NCBI RefSeq assembly: GCF_018350175.1
Contig: NC_058377.1
Location: forward strand, 16,492,001 to 16,556,000
Direction: 5' to 3'
Source: Felis catus
Lineage: Eukaryota
DNA length: 64,000 nucleotides
Shown here: in pieces, positions 1 to 12,798 of the stretch
Layout: each line of letters begins with the position of its first letter
Position numbering within the stretch: position 1 is the stretch's first letter
Notes under the pieces: model-generated
Database searches by the model: none
The model's input: the letters and a program-made list of their open reading frames with translations, nothing else
What the model was told of the DNA's origin: nothing
Program-made: the position numbers and the translations under genes

Positions 1-559
1 GTTAAATAAAGTACTGAATCAATGTTCAATTTTCTGGTTTTGATTATGTTCTCATTTCTGGTGATATAGGCCAGTATCCCAGTTTTTAGGAAACACACGC
101 TTTAGTATTTATGAGCATGGAAGTCCTGCTTAATTGTCTGTAAATTACTCTTAAATAGTTCAGAAAAACAACAACAACAACAATAACAACAACGATGTCT
201 TCTATATGGAAAGAAAAATTTTAATGTGATAAAATGTTGATAATTAGTGTCATTGGTGGATTATAGGATTTAGGCATACAGGAATTTTTTATACTATTCT
301 TGGCATTTTTCTGTAAATTCGAAATGATTAAAAACCAAATTAAAAAACAAAACAAAACAAACCACCCTCCAATCCTATCGCCATAGGTGCTACGGATGAG
401 ATCTTCGATAAGCCATAAAATCTATCAGAAAGTAGCTATTAATACTATCACGGGATCCTTCTTAAGTGGTAGAGAAACTTACTAAACACAGGAAGAGCTT
501 TGTGCAAATGCATAGCGGGAAGAGAGCCTGGGATCCCTCCCTTCTGGACCCCCAGGGTC

Positions 560-1400
560 CCCAAGCCCCCAAATGAAAGCGTAGGGGGTTGAGGAGAGAC
601 GTCGCATGAGTACCGGGTGGAGGCCAGAGGCGATTAAAGGCGTCAAATTGGGGACTCTCCACACCTGAGCTGGCGCCAACTAACCAGATCGAGCCCGTGG
701 AAGTGAGGAAGTGGTGCGAGGCCTTCAGCCCCGGACTCTCCCACCCCCTGCCGGGCGACCTCTCCTCTCCCTGAAGGTGGACCTGAAACTCCAGCACCTC
801 GACCTCTGGGCCAGCCTCCATGGCCAGGTTCCGGGCTTGCTGGACTGGGACATGGGCAACGAGTCGTTCCTGGCCTTCACCACCGCGCACCTGCCCCTGG
901 CCGAGCAGAACCGTGAGTGCGTGGGGGGCGGGGAGGCGTGGGGGAGGGGCGTGGTGGGCGCCCGGGTGGGGTGTTCGCGGGGCTCCCGGCCCCTTGGCCC
1001 CCAGCCCCCCCACCTTCGGCCCGGCGGACTAGCTGGGCGCCCGAGTGCGGTTTCGTGATCCGGGCCCCCCCCTCCCCCCACCGCGGCCGAGCGGGAGCCC
1101 CTCCGAGCCCCACCCCCACCCCAACCCGGGCCATGGCGACGCTGGCCTCGACCCAGAGCCCCCAGGAAGTGGGTCCCGCCACAGCACACCGCCTGCCACC
1201 TCCACCCCCACCGTCCGCTGCGTCCCAGAACCTTCTAGGCCTCACCTCGGCCCTTTTCCCATGGTGCCTACCGCCATTTGGCGCGCCACGAACATTTTTT
1301 GAAATGTTATCGGTTTTGTTCGAGGCTGTACCCCCACCCCCACCCCCGTTAGTACATTGGCTGACACCTAGAGGTGCTCGATATTTGCCGAACGGATGGT
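560..1400 (+). promoter_or_regulatory. CpG island / FOXR1 promoter and first exon
   Basis: GC- and CpG-rich stretch spanning exon 1, with an E2F-like TTTGGCGCGCC at about 1277-1287. Boundaries approximate. Confidence 0.7.
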
Positions 1401-4400
1401 TGGCCGTTTTGGTCTTTTAAAAAAATGATTTTTTTCTTTGGACCTCAAAGGCAGAGGCAAAGACGATCCCCTCCTATGTTCGTGGTATATTATTGCCATC
1501 TGGTCAGGCAAGGTCCTTGGATTAACCCCTTACCCCCACTTCAGTGCACCCACCTCCACCCCCACCCTGCCTTCCATCACCTCGCACACTCCCTCGTATC
1601 TACCCTAAGTGATTTAATGTCTTTAGATAGGTTTATCTTTGAAAACGATTTAACGTTATTTTATGTTTATAGACGACCTTCATTTACTTAGTGCTCATTG
1701 CTTTTTTGTGCCTACTCGCATTGTTTTTGAGAGCTGCTCAGGCTGCTGCATGAAGGTCTGGTTCATTATTTCTGATGGCTGGGTGGTATTCTGTTATCTG
1801 CATATACTACCTTTTGCATGTACCTTGCTGATGGAGACCTGGATCGCCTCCAGCTCTCTGCCACCATAAGTAATGCTAAGGAATTCCTGTATCTTCGTTG
1901 ATTAACAAATATTTATTGAGCACTTGTAATTTGCCAGGCAGTGTTCTAGACACTCGTGGTACATAATGAACAGAACAGATAATCTATATGGAGCCTACGT
2001 TCCACTGGGGGCAGACAATCCACATAAAAATATATCTACAGTATAAGGTGATAACTGAGATGGGGGAGAAAGGATACAGTAAGAGGGCTCAGGAATGTGG
2101 GGAGGTGGCGACAGCCACGGTTTTAAATAGGGTCATCAGGTTGGGCTTCCTTGGGAACATAACCTTGGAGCAGAGAGTTGAAGGGTATTTAGAGGAAAAA
2201 TTTCCCAGGCAGAAGAAATAGCCAGGGCAAAAGTCCTAAGGAAGGAATATGTCTGGAGTGTTGGAGGCGCAGGAAAGAGGCCAGTGAATCTGGATGAAAG
2301 TAAATACAGAGGGAAGTTCAGAGCATGTGGAGCAGAGATCAGGACGAGCCCATCTTCCACTCTAAGGACTTTGGGGTTGACTTTGAGGTTGAAAGGTTTT
2401 GAGCAGTGGAGTGCCCTGATTCAGGCTTCCCAAGTGTGTGACCCATGTAGTTGCTTCCTCTGCTGGAGGAATAGTTTTCTATCTATTACAGGATATATAG
2501 GAGGATAATTTCTAACTTGAGATCATTTTAATTTTAGAACAAGGAACCCCTCGTTTTCACTTTGCACTGGGCTCTGCAAATTAGGTAACCCAATCCTGCA
2601 TGATCTATACTTTGAAAAGATCACTTCGGCTGCTGTGTGGAGGGTACATTGTAAACGTAGAAGAAGCCAGCAGACTAGAAGGCTACTACTGTAATCCAGA
2701 CCAGAGATGGTGGTAGGCTGGACCCTTAGGGTGGTGGCAGAGAAGGCAGAACCTGCTGGGTTGGCTGATGGATCGGATGTGGAGTGTATGAAAGAGAGAG
2801 GATGACTCCTCCAAAGTTTTTGGCTGATCCAGTGAAAGGATGGAGTACTGAGATGGGGGAAGCTTCTGGTCGGACAGAGAGAAAGATCAGGAATTCTGTT
2901 CGGGACCTGCTGAGTTTGAGGATACTTTTTAGATTTCCAAGCAAAAATGTTGAGTGAGCAGGTAGACGTGTAAGTCTGGAGTACTGGAGAGAGGTTTATT
3001 TTGAGAGTCCTTGGTATGTGGGTGGCGTTTAAAGGATGAGAAGAGAGAAGAGAGAGAAGGACCAAACATGAGCCCTGGGGACATTCCATTGTAAAGATAC
3101 TGGAGAGAAGAGAGATAACCAGCCCAAACTAAGGAAATGACCATTGAGAAGCAAAACCAAGAAACCGTGGTTTCCTGGAAACAAGTGAAAAAAGTGTGTC
3201 ATGGAAGGACTGGTCAGATGAGAGGACTACCCCTGTGAGGTCAGGTGGGAGGTACACGGACAATTTGGTTTAGCAAAGCAGACATCATTGGTGACCATGA
3301 TGATGGTGGGGTGGTGGAGACGAAAGCCTGACTGGCAAGGGCTTAAGGGTGGAAGGAGGGGAAGTGGGATCCGAAAGAATAGGTAGTTCTTTTGAGGAGT
3401 TCTGCCTCAAAAGAAAGCAAAAACATAGGGCAGTGGCCTGGCACAGAAAACCAGGGCAAAAGGTCTTTTCAATAAGATGAGAGAATTAACATCGTGTTTG
3501 AATGCTAATAAGAATAATCCAGTAGTAAATACACACACACACACACACAAATAACAGGAAATAGAGGAGTGGTTGGTTGGAACATTATCCCTGAGAAGGC
3601 TCAAGAGCATCTGTGCCAGGGAGGGAGGGAGGGAAACAGAGACACTATGCTCTGATCTCCCTGAGATCACCAACCTGTTGATGTCACCCTTTTTTTTCCT
3701 GCTCTCGAGCCCTGGGTGTTTTTCCTTCTTTAACCAACCTGTAATCCTGTGGTCAAACATGCTCTCCATCAATTCCTTTGACCCTCTCTGGCTTTGGAGC
3801 ACTTGCTTGGCCAAACCACCACCCCGATTAAATCCAACTCTACCAAAGAGTACACCAAAGCCATAGACCAACGGATTGGTGATATCATGGTATCCAAGGA
3901 TAGTTGGAGTGGGGAGAGAGTTAGCTGGAAAGATAGGTGAAGTATGTTTTTTTAATTTGTTTATTAAAGTGGGGCACCTGGGTGGCTCAGTCTGTTAAGC
4001 GTCCGATTTTGTATTTTGGCTCGGGTCATGATCTCATAGTTTGTGAGTCCGAGCCCTGCATGAGCTCGGTGCTGACAGTGCAGAGCCTGCTTGGGATTCT
4101 CTCACTCACCTCTCTCTCTCTACCCCTACCCCACTTACTCTCTCTCTCTCTCAAAATAAATAAACTTAAAATTTTTAATTTGTTTGTTAAATCAGTTAAT
4201 ATCTACACTCAACTGATCATACCAGAGAAGGTTAGCATATAAGTTCCCCTACTGACTTGAATAGACACACCCAGGAGTAGACCTTGATGTCTTGAATCAG
4301 CCCTTCACTGTGATAGCACCAGCTGCTGTTCAGATCTGCAGTATGAGAAAGGATTCTTTTCTAGTTCCCTGCATCTTTGCCGACACTTGGGATTATCTGT

Positions 4401-7400
4401 TTTCATATTTGTCAGTATGATCTAAAGTGTTATTTCATTATTTTATTGTGTTCTTGTAACTAGTAAGGCCAAGAACATCTTGTTACTAATTCAGGTATCC
4501 CTTCCTTATGAATACTGATTCATATCTCTTGCCCACTTATAGGTTTGTGTTAGCTTCTGCAAGTCAGTAAGTGAAAGATTGTCTGGTAGAGAGCTGAGAA
4601 CTTTAGGAGTTGAAATTTTCTTTTCTGGCTTTTTTTGTTGTCTATTGATTTTTTTGTTGTTGTTCGTGGTTTTACTCTGCAGAACATTTTAATTTTTATG
4701 TATTATAATATTTACATAAAATGTATAGATTAATTTGAGGGTAATTGGTATCTTTTAATACGTATTATGTCTTCATTTATTCAAGGCTTTCATGTCCTTA
4801 AATAGTGACTGCATCTTTTTCCCATGAAGGTCTAGTTCGTTCTTTGATGGGTTAACTCCTGAATACTGTATACTTTTGGTTGCTACCGCAAACAGTACCT
4901 TTTTTATTTTTATTTTTTATTTATTTATTTATTTTTTTAATAAAAAAAATGTTTATTATTTTTGAGAGGGAGGGGGGAGGATGGGGCAGAGAGAGAGGGA
5001 GACACAGAATCCGAAGCAGGCTCCAGGCTCCGAGCTGTCAGCACAGAGCCTGACACGGGGCTCGAACCTACCGGCCGTGAGATCATGACCTGAGCCCAAG
5101 TCAGATGCCTAATAGACTGAGCCACCCAGGTGCCCCTGAGAATCTGTATTTCTAAAAACCCTTAGGAGGCTGATGTTGTTGGACCACAGAATATATCCTG
5201 AGAGCCTATGATCAGGACAAGACAAAGCATCCGTGGATTATGTCCCAGGGACATTGTGGCATGCTTTTCTACGTGGCAAGAGGAAGGCATAAATGTGAAG
5301 TGTAATCTCCTCTGGGGGTGCCTCATGGGGTGACAAGGACAGGCCTGCAGGTCATGCCACTGCCATCCCCTGAGGGCAGGTAGGAACAGTACCTTTTTTA
5401 AAAAACTTAATTTATTTTTTAAATTTACATCCAAGTTAGTTAGCATGTAGTGCAACGATGATTTCAGGAGCAGATTCCTTAGTGCCCCTACCCATTTAGC
5501 CCATCTCCCCTCCCACAACACCTCCAGTAACCCTCTGTTCTCCGTATTTAAGAATCTCTTATGTTTTGTCCCCCTCCCTGTTTTTATATTATTTTTGCTT
5601 CCTTTCCCTTATGTTCATCTGTTTTGCCTCTTAAAGTCCTCATATGAGTAAAGCCATATGATATTTGTCTTTCTCTGACTGACTAATTTCACTTAGCATA
5701 ATACCCTCTAATNNNNNNNNNNNNNNNNNNNNNNNNNNNNNNNNNNNNNNNNNNNNNNNNNNNNNNNNNNNNNNNNNNNNNNNNNNNNNNNNNNNNNNNN
5801 NNNNNNNNNNNNNNNNNNNNNNNNNNNNNNNNNNNNNNNNNNNNNNNNNNNNNNNNNNNNNNNNNNNNNNNNNNNNNNNNNNNNNNNNNNNNNNNNNNNN
5901 NNNNNNNNNNNNNNNNNNNNTGGCTATTGTTGATAGTGCTGCTATAAACATTGGGGTGCATGTGTCCCTTTGAAACAGCACACCTGTATCCCTTGGATAA
6001 ATACCTAGTGGTGCAATTGCTGGGTTGTAGGGTAGTTCTATTCTTAATTTTTTGAGGAACCTCCATATTGCTTTCCAGAGTGGCTGCACCAGTTTGCATT
6101 CTCACCAGCAGTGCAAAAGAGATCCTCTTTCTCCACATCCTTGCCAACATCTGTTGTTGCCTGAGTTGTTAATGTTAGCCATTCTGACAGGTGTGAGGTG
6201 GTATCTCATTGTGGTTTTGATTTGTATTTCCCTGATGATGAGTGATGTTAGCATTTTTTCATGTGCCAGTTGGCCATCTGGATGTCTTCATTGGAGAAGT
6301 GTCTATTCGTGTCTTTTGCCCATTTCTTCACTGGATTATTTGTTTTTTAGGTGTTGAGTTTGATAAGTTCTTTATAGATTTAGGATACTAACTAACCCTT
6401 TATCTGATATGTTGTTTGCAAATACCTTCTCCCATTCTATCGGTTACGTTTTAGTTTTGCTGATGGTTTCCTTAGCTGTGCAGAAGCTTTTTATTTTGAT
6501 GAGGTCCCAATATTCATTTTTGCTTTTGTTTCCCTTGCCTCTGGAGATGGGTTGAGTAAGAAGCTGCTGTGGCCAAGGCCAAAGAGGTTTTTGCCTGCTT
6601 TCTCCTCGAGGATTTTGATGGCTTTCTGTCTTACATTGAGGTCTTTCATCCATTTTCAGTTTATTTTTGTGTATGGTGTAAGAAAGTGGTCCGGGTTCAT
6701 TTCTCTGCATGTCGCTGTCCAGTTTTCCCAGCACCACTTGCTGAAGAGACTGTCTTTATTCCATTGGATATTCTTTCCTGCTTTGTCAAAGATTAGTTGG
6801 CCATACGTTTGTGGGTCCGTTTCTGGGTTCTCTATTCCATTGACCTGAGTGTCTGTTTTTGTGCTAGTACCATACTGTCTTGATGATTACAGCTTTGTAA
6901 TACGGCTTGAAGTCCAGGATNNNNNNNNNNNNNNNNNNNNNNNNNNNNNNNNNNNNNNNNNNNNNNNNNNNNNNNNNNNNNNNNNNNNNNNNNNNNNNNN
7001 NNNNNNNNNNNNNNNNNNNNNNNNNNNNNNNNNNNNNNNNNNNNNNNNNTATTGCATTCAATNNNNNNNNNNNNNNNNNNNNNNNNNNNNNNNNNNNNNN
7101 NNNNNNNNNNNNNNNNNNNNNNNNNNNNNNNNNNNNNNNNNNNNNNNNNNNNNNNNNNNNNNNNNNNNNNNNNNNNNNNNNNNNNNNNNNNNNNNNNNNN
7201 NNNNNNNNNNNNTTTCAGTGTACAAACAGTACCTTCTTTAAAAAAATTTTTTTTATATGGGAATGCAAGCTGGTGCAGCCACTCTGGAAAACAATATGGA
7301 GGTTCCTCAAAAGACTAAAAATAGAACTACTCTACGACCCAGCAATGGCACTACTATTTATCCAAGGGATACAGGTGTGCTGTTTCGAAGGGACACGTGC

Positions 7401-10400
7401 ACNNNNNNNNNNNNNNNNNNNNNNNNNNNNNNNNNNNNNNNNNNNNNNNNNNNNNNNNNNNNNNNNNNNNNNNNNNNNNNNNNNNNNNNNNNNNNNNNNN
7501 NNNNNNNNNNNNNNNNNNNNNNNNNNNNNNNNNNNNNNNNNNNNNNNNNNNNNNNNNNNNNNNNNNNNNNNNNNNNNNNNNNNNNNNNNNNNNNNNTCAG
7601 TCAGGGAAAGACAAATATCTTATGACTTTACTCATATGAGGACTTTAAGAGACAAAACAGATGAACCTAAGGGAAAGGAAGCAAAAATAATATAAAAACA
7701 GGGAGGGGGACAAAACATAAGAGATTCTTAAATACGGAGAACAAACACAGGGTTGCTGGAGGGGTTGTGGGAGGGGGGATGGGCTAAATGGGTAAGGGGC
7801 ACTAAGGAATCTGCTCCTGAAATCATTGTTGCAATATATGCTAACTAATTTGGATGTAAATTTAAAAATAAATTAATTAAATTAAAAAAAAATTTTTTAT
7901 ATTTTCCAGTTTCTTCATGCTGCTATGGAGGAACAGTGATTAGTATTTGTTCTTATATCCAGCAAACTTTCTAGGCTCTTGTCGGTTCTGATAATTTGTC
8001 TATCGATTTTGTATGGTTTCTGTCTTAACATTTTTTTCTACAAATAATGCTAGTTTTGCCTTTTTCTTTCTGACTTTATATCTGTTTCTTTCTGACTTTA
8101 TATCTCTTTCTACTTTTTCCTCTTTTCAATACTATGTTGGACATTATTATTTTTTTTTAATTTTTTTTTTAACGTTTATTTATTTTTGAGACAGAGACAG
8201 AGCATGAATGGGGGAGGGTCAGAGAGAGGGAGACACAGAATCCGAAACAGGCTCCAGGCTCTGAGCTGTCAGCACAGAGCCCGACGCGGGGCTCGAACTC
8301 ACGGACCGCGAGATCATGACCCGAGCCGAAGTCAGCCGCTTAACCGACTGAGCCACCCAGGCGCCCCTGTTGGACATTATTATTAATGAAATGGGCATTC
8401 TTTCTAATTACTGAGCTCTCTAATAAGTATATCATCATTTTCCAGACAAAAACCTAGATTCAACTGCAATATGATGACACCCAATGGGTCCTTTTGGAGG
8501 GGGGGTGAGGTGGAAATAGTTGCCACTAACCCCCAAGGAGCCAGCATAGGGCCAAGCAGATAGCTCTAATATACACTCGATTTACTCTTTTTCTTTTTTC
8601 TTTTACTGTTCCTTTTTATTTTTTAGTATTTCATGGTACAGAGGGACCACAGTTTGTTTACAGTTCACCCACTGGAGGACATCTGGGTCACTTCTGGTTT
8701 TTGGCTAATACGATTAAAGCTGCTCTGAACATTATCATACAGATATTTTTTTAATTTTCACAAATGATTTTATAATTTTTTTAAATATAATTTAGTCTCA
8801 AATTGGTGAACATACAGTGTGTAAAGTGTGCTCTTGGTTTTTGGGGTAGATTCCCCTGGTTTTTCACTTACATACAACACACAGTGCTCATCCCAACAAG
8901 CGCCCTCAATGCCCATCACCCATTTTCCCGTCTCCCCCAGCCCCCCATCAACCCTCAGATTGTTCTCTGTATTTCAGAGTCGCTTGCGGTTTGCCTCCCT
9001 CCCTCTGTTTATAACTATTTTTCCCCTCCCCTCCCCCATGGTCTTCCGTTAAGTTTCTCAAGATCCACATATGAGTGAAAACGTATGATTTACTCTTAGC
9101 CCACCACGTATTCATTCATCCAGTTAAGCTGAGCTCCTCCAGGTTAAGCTGAGCTCCTCCCGTGTGCCAGGCAGTGAAAAAGACAGTCCTGGTGATTGGC
9201 TCTAAGCAAAGTAATTAGGATAAAATGTGTGTTAGGGAAGTGTTTGGACAGGCAGAGAAGGCCTGCTTTAGAAAGATGTTTCAACAGAGACATGATGAGT
9301 GAATAGCAATTAACTAGGGCAGCGGGAAGAGAGAAGAGTGTATCTGGCAAAGACACAATAGTTTGTGGGGAGGCCCGGGATCTAGAGTGTGGTCTGTTGG
9401 AGACCTGGAGAGCCTGGGAGGAATGACCCAACACTGATGAGGAGCCAGGGCCTTGCAGACTGTCCCAAGAAACTTCAGTTTGGCCCAAGGGTCATAGAAA
9501 GCCATCAAAAGTGTTTAAACAGAAAGGTGACAGGATTGCATTAATATTTTAGGAAGATGCTCCAGCTGCAGGGGGACTAAGTTGGAGAAAAGCAGATAAA
9601 CAGACCATTCGGGTTATGGCTGGACTTGGGGATTGACTGGGTGTGGCTGGATGGGAAAGAGAAGGCAAGAACACTTCCGTGTTCCTGACCCAAGCCACTT
9701 AGGTTAGATGGTGGTGCCACTTGCGGAGACAAATACAGGAGCGAGAGCAGGAAGGTGGAGTTTAGTTGCAGGAATGTGGAGTCTGAAGTACCTGCGGGTT
9801 ATGCAAGGAAAGATCTCCAAGGCCCAGTGGTACTTACGGGCAAGCAGAGGAGTCTGGGGCCGGAGGTGCGGATTTGGAAGCCCTACGTTGATAGATAGTG
9901 GCTGAGGCCACAGGCATTCATGAATTGGCTCAGGGACAGTGTATGTGGAACAAGGTCAGAGAAGTCGAATATGGTGTCGTAACGCCCCAGGGAGGGCCCA
10001 CAGCCACGTGGTCCAGGACCCTGGGGCCACAGTGGAAATACTAGGACATTTTGACCCTCTTCTTTCTTTTTGCCAGTTGCCAGGTATAGACTTCGAATAG
10101 TTGAACCACCAAAAGTACCTGTGGGAAAAACGCCCAACTCTGATAAAGATGGTGAGTGGGGGTAGTGGGTTCTCTGGCATGGTCATGCGGCCTGGGCCGG
10201 ACCCCAAAGCCAGTGAGCTGTGGCGCACAACCTCCTTTTTCTCTGCACAGGCCCAGCTCTTGAGCCCAACCTGTGGATGTGGGTAAACCCCAGCATCGTG
10301 TATCCCCCCGGAAAGCTGGAGGTCCCAGAACCTCATAAGGGAGAGGATCTCCCAGGCGCACTCCCCTCCCCTCAGCCAGCCCCCAAAGAGGAAGACTTTG

Positions 10401-12798
10401 CCAGCTCCTCAGAGACCACGGCGGTGGAGTCACTGCCACCATCCTCGCCCTCCAGCGAGCAGTCTCCCCCTCAGAAGCGGTTTGCCTCTTCCCCCAGCAC
10501 CTGGGAGGTAGGAGTTTCTGGGGTCCTGGGCTGGACTTGGGCTGGACTTGGGCTGTAGGCAGGGAGGGTGCAGGGATGATGCGATCAGAGAGGGATCCTT
10601 AGGGACCACCGAGGGCTAACGGGTTCAGAAATGGGCTGTGCCCTTGGGTTGGGGAGAAGCCCCGATGAGGGCCCCCTACCACTCCCCCTCCCTGCCACTG
10701 CACCCCTGGAGTAGAGGCGGTGGAGTTAGGACCAGTTCCTACTCTGTGCTCCTCTAGCTCACAGAAGAGGAGGAGGCTGAGGACCAGGATGACAGCTCCT
10801 CTGTGGCTCTCCCGTCCCCTCACAAAAGGGCCCCCCTCCAAAGTCGGAGGTTTCGGCAAGCCAGCAGCCAAGAGGGGAGGCTCTGGTCCCGGCCCCCTCT
10901 CAATTACTTCCACCTCATTGCACTGGCATTAAGAAACAGTGCCCCCTGTGGCCTCAACGTGCAACAGATCTACAGTTTCACTAGGTACGTGCCCCGGGGC
11001 AGGGGGGCCCTGTAAGGACGGGACGGGAGGGGGTCAGGGCCCTCAGACTGACACCTTCCAAGCTGCCCCTGGCCCTGGGCTGCTGCCTCAGTTCCCCCAT
11101 CTGGGTCTGAAAGGATAAGTGTGTTCCCAGGCCTCCTTCCCCAGACACTGGTACTGCGCTGTCCCCAGGTGGGTGTCCACGTATCCTGTGTTAGGGAAGA
11201 CATCCACCTCCACCCCCTTTCACGTCTAGAAAACCCTAACCGTTTTACGTCTTAGTCCCTTAAAACGTAAATTCGCCTGGGTCAGAAATTCTCCCATCCT
11301 CCCCGTCAAGATTATCCAGTAGAAAATCTGGTTTCGCCAGCAGTTTCTCACATGCTCTCCCTTTGGCTAGACTGCCTGGCACAGGTCCCCGCACGCCCAG
11401 GGGAGCAGGGGGGCACCCGGCTGAGAAGGGATGTGCATTTAGCTTCGACAGTCGCCTACACGTGAGCGTGAGGGGTTTCTCAGACCCTTTCCCTCTGGCA
11501 GGAGAGTCTCAGAATATTAATCCACAAGCGGCATCCTTCCTTGACCAGGATTCCTCTTACAGGCATGGGTTGGCCTGATTCTGGTCCGTTCACGTCACAA
11601 GTCACAGTCATGAGCCCTCAGAGGGAAGCAGGACAAAATGAGTCTCGGAACGGGAGCAGTAAACTGGGTTTAAAAGACGAGGGTTTGTGGGGTGCCTCGG
11701 GTGGCTCAGTCAGTTGAGCGTCTGGCTCTTGATTTCAGCTCAGGTCGTGATCCCAGGGGCTTGGGGTCAAGCCCCACATTGGGCTCCATGCTCAGCATGG
11801 AACCTGCTCGGGATTCTCTCTCTCCCTCCCTCTGCCCCTGTCCCCTGCTCGCTCTCTCGCTCTCTCTAGAATTAAAAAAAAACAATGAGGGTTGGCACAA
11901 GCAACACACCGGGTCAGGCTTTGCCGCGTGCTCCGTCAGCAGAGAGCTGTTCCAGGCCAGCCTGCCACCGTCCACCTTGACAGAGGGGCCCAGGCTCCTG
12001 GCGCCTGGGGGACAACCGTCTCGAGATGGGGCGTCTCCCGAAGACAGCATATCTTTCCTCACCGTTCCCCCCTGTCCACAGACAGCATTTCCCCTTTTTC
12101 CGGACGGCCCCGGAAGGCTGGAAGAATACCGTCCGTCACAATCTCTGTTTCCGAGACAGCTTTGAGAAAGTGCCGGCCAGCGTGCAGGGTGGCGCCGGCA
12201 CACGGCCCCGCTCCTGCCTCTGGAAGTTAACCGAGGAGGGACGCCGCCGCTTTGCAGAGGAGGCCCGCGCCTTGGCCTCCAGTCGGCTGGAGAGCATCCA
12301 GCGGTGCATGAGCCAGCCAGGTGTGAGGCCCTGGCACGCGTGGGGCCGAGGGGCGCCCCCCTCCCCCCCCATCCTGACGCTAGGGGAAGGAGACCGGGTC
12401 CCACGGTGGGGGCGGGGGACACCTTCTGTAGGAAGGGGAGGGGATAGCGGTGGTCCGAGACCTGGGCCTGCCCCAGGTGGGACCCCAGCCACCCAGGCAT
12501 GTACTTGAGGTCCAGGAGTTGACGGAGAAACAGCTGAGGTGCAGTTGGCCTCACGGCCCGGCAGCCTAGGGAAAGGGTGGCGGCGCAGCGAGAGACGCAC
12601 GGTATGAGCGGCGACGTGCAGAGGAGGTTTCTTTTCTTTTTCCGGAGACCGGGTGGCATTTGGGCCTTGAAGGGAAAAATAGGTCATCTGCCGCGAGGTT
12701 GGGCCAGGCTGAGGGAACGGCAGCCGCAAAGGGCAGGTAGATTCTGTTGACTCTCTTCTTTTCTTACAGATGTGATGCCCTTCCTCTTTGACCTTTAA
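852..12798 (+). CDS. FOXR1: Forkhead box protein R1 (6 coding exons, 295 aa from the AUG)
   Basis: Exons 852-912, 10077-10151, 10251-10507, 10758-10984, 12082-12320, 12770-12798. All introns are GT-AG with consistent phases, 888 nt total. The protein [11 protein letters not shown]...[10 protein letters not shown]...[16 protein letters not shown]...[21 protein letters not shown]...DVMPFLFDL matches recalled FOXR1, including the forkhead domain. ATTAAA at 12829-12834. Confidence 0.95.
4905..5136 (-). mobile_element. CAN-SINE (felid SINEC_Fc type)
   Basis: tRNA-derived head GGGGCACCTGGGTGGCTCAGT, CT-rich region and A-tail on the minus strand. Confidence 0.9.
5400..7224 (-). mobile_element. 5'-truncated LINE-1 (carnivore type), antisense in FOXR1 intron 1, partly in N-gaps
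   Basis: ORF2 C-terminal remnants ([24 protein letters not shown]; [15 protein letters not shown]), 3'UTR and A-tail, flanked by AACAGTACCTT copies. Confidence 0.9.
7257..7892 (+). mobile_element. 5'-truncated LINE-1 3' end, sense orientation
   Basis: [24 protein letters not shown] remnant, then an L1 3'UTR and A-tail homologous to the neighbouring antisense copy. Confidence 0.9.
8151..8367 (-). mobile_element. Young CAN-SINE with TSD
   Basis: Intact element flanked by the direct repeat TGTTGGACATTATTA. Confidence 0.9.
8780..9095 (-). mobile_element. LINE-1 3'UTR fragment
   Basis: Similar to the carnivore L1 3' end seen at 5410-5700. Confidence 0.6.

Noticed and set aside
3971-4170. tRNA-like sequences (GGTGGCTCAG...GTTCGAGCCC) throughout the window
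   Set aside because: They are heads of tRNA-derived CAN-SINEs, not tRNA genes.
11706-12659. 317-aa minus-strand ORF
   Set aside because: Antisense shadow of a GC-rich FOXR1 exon plus a SINE, with no recognisable protein.
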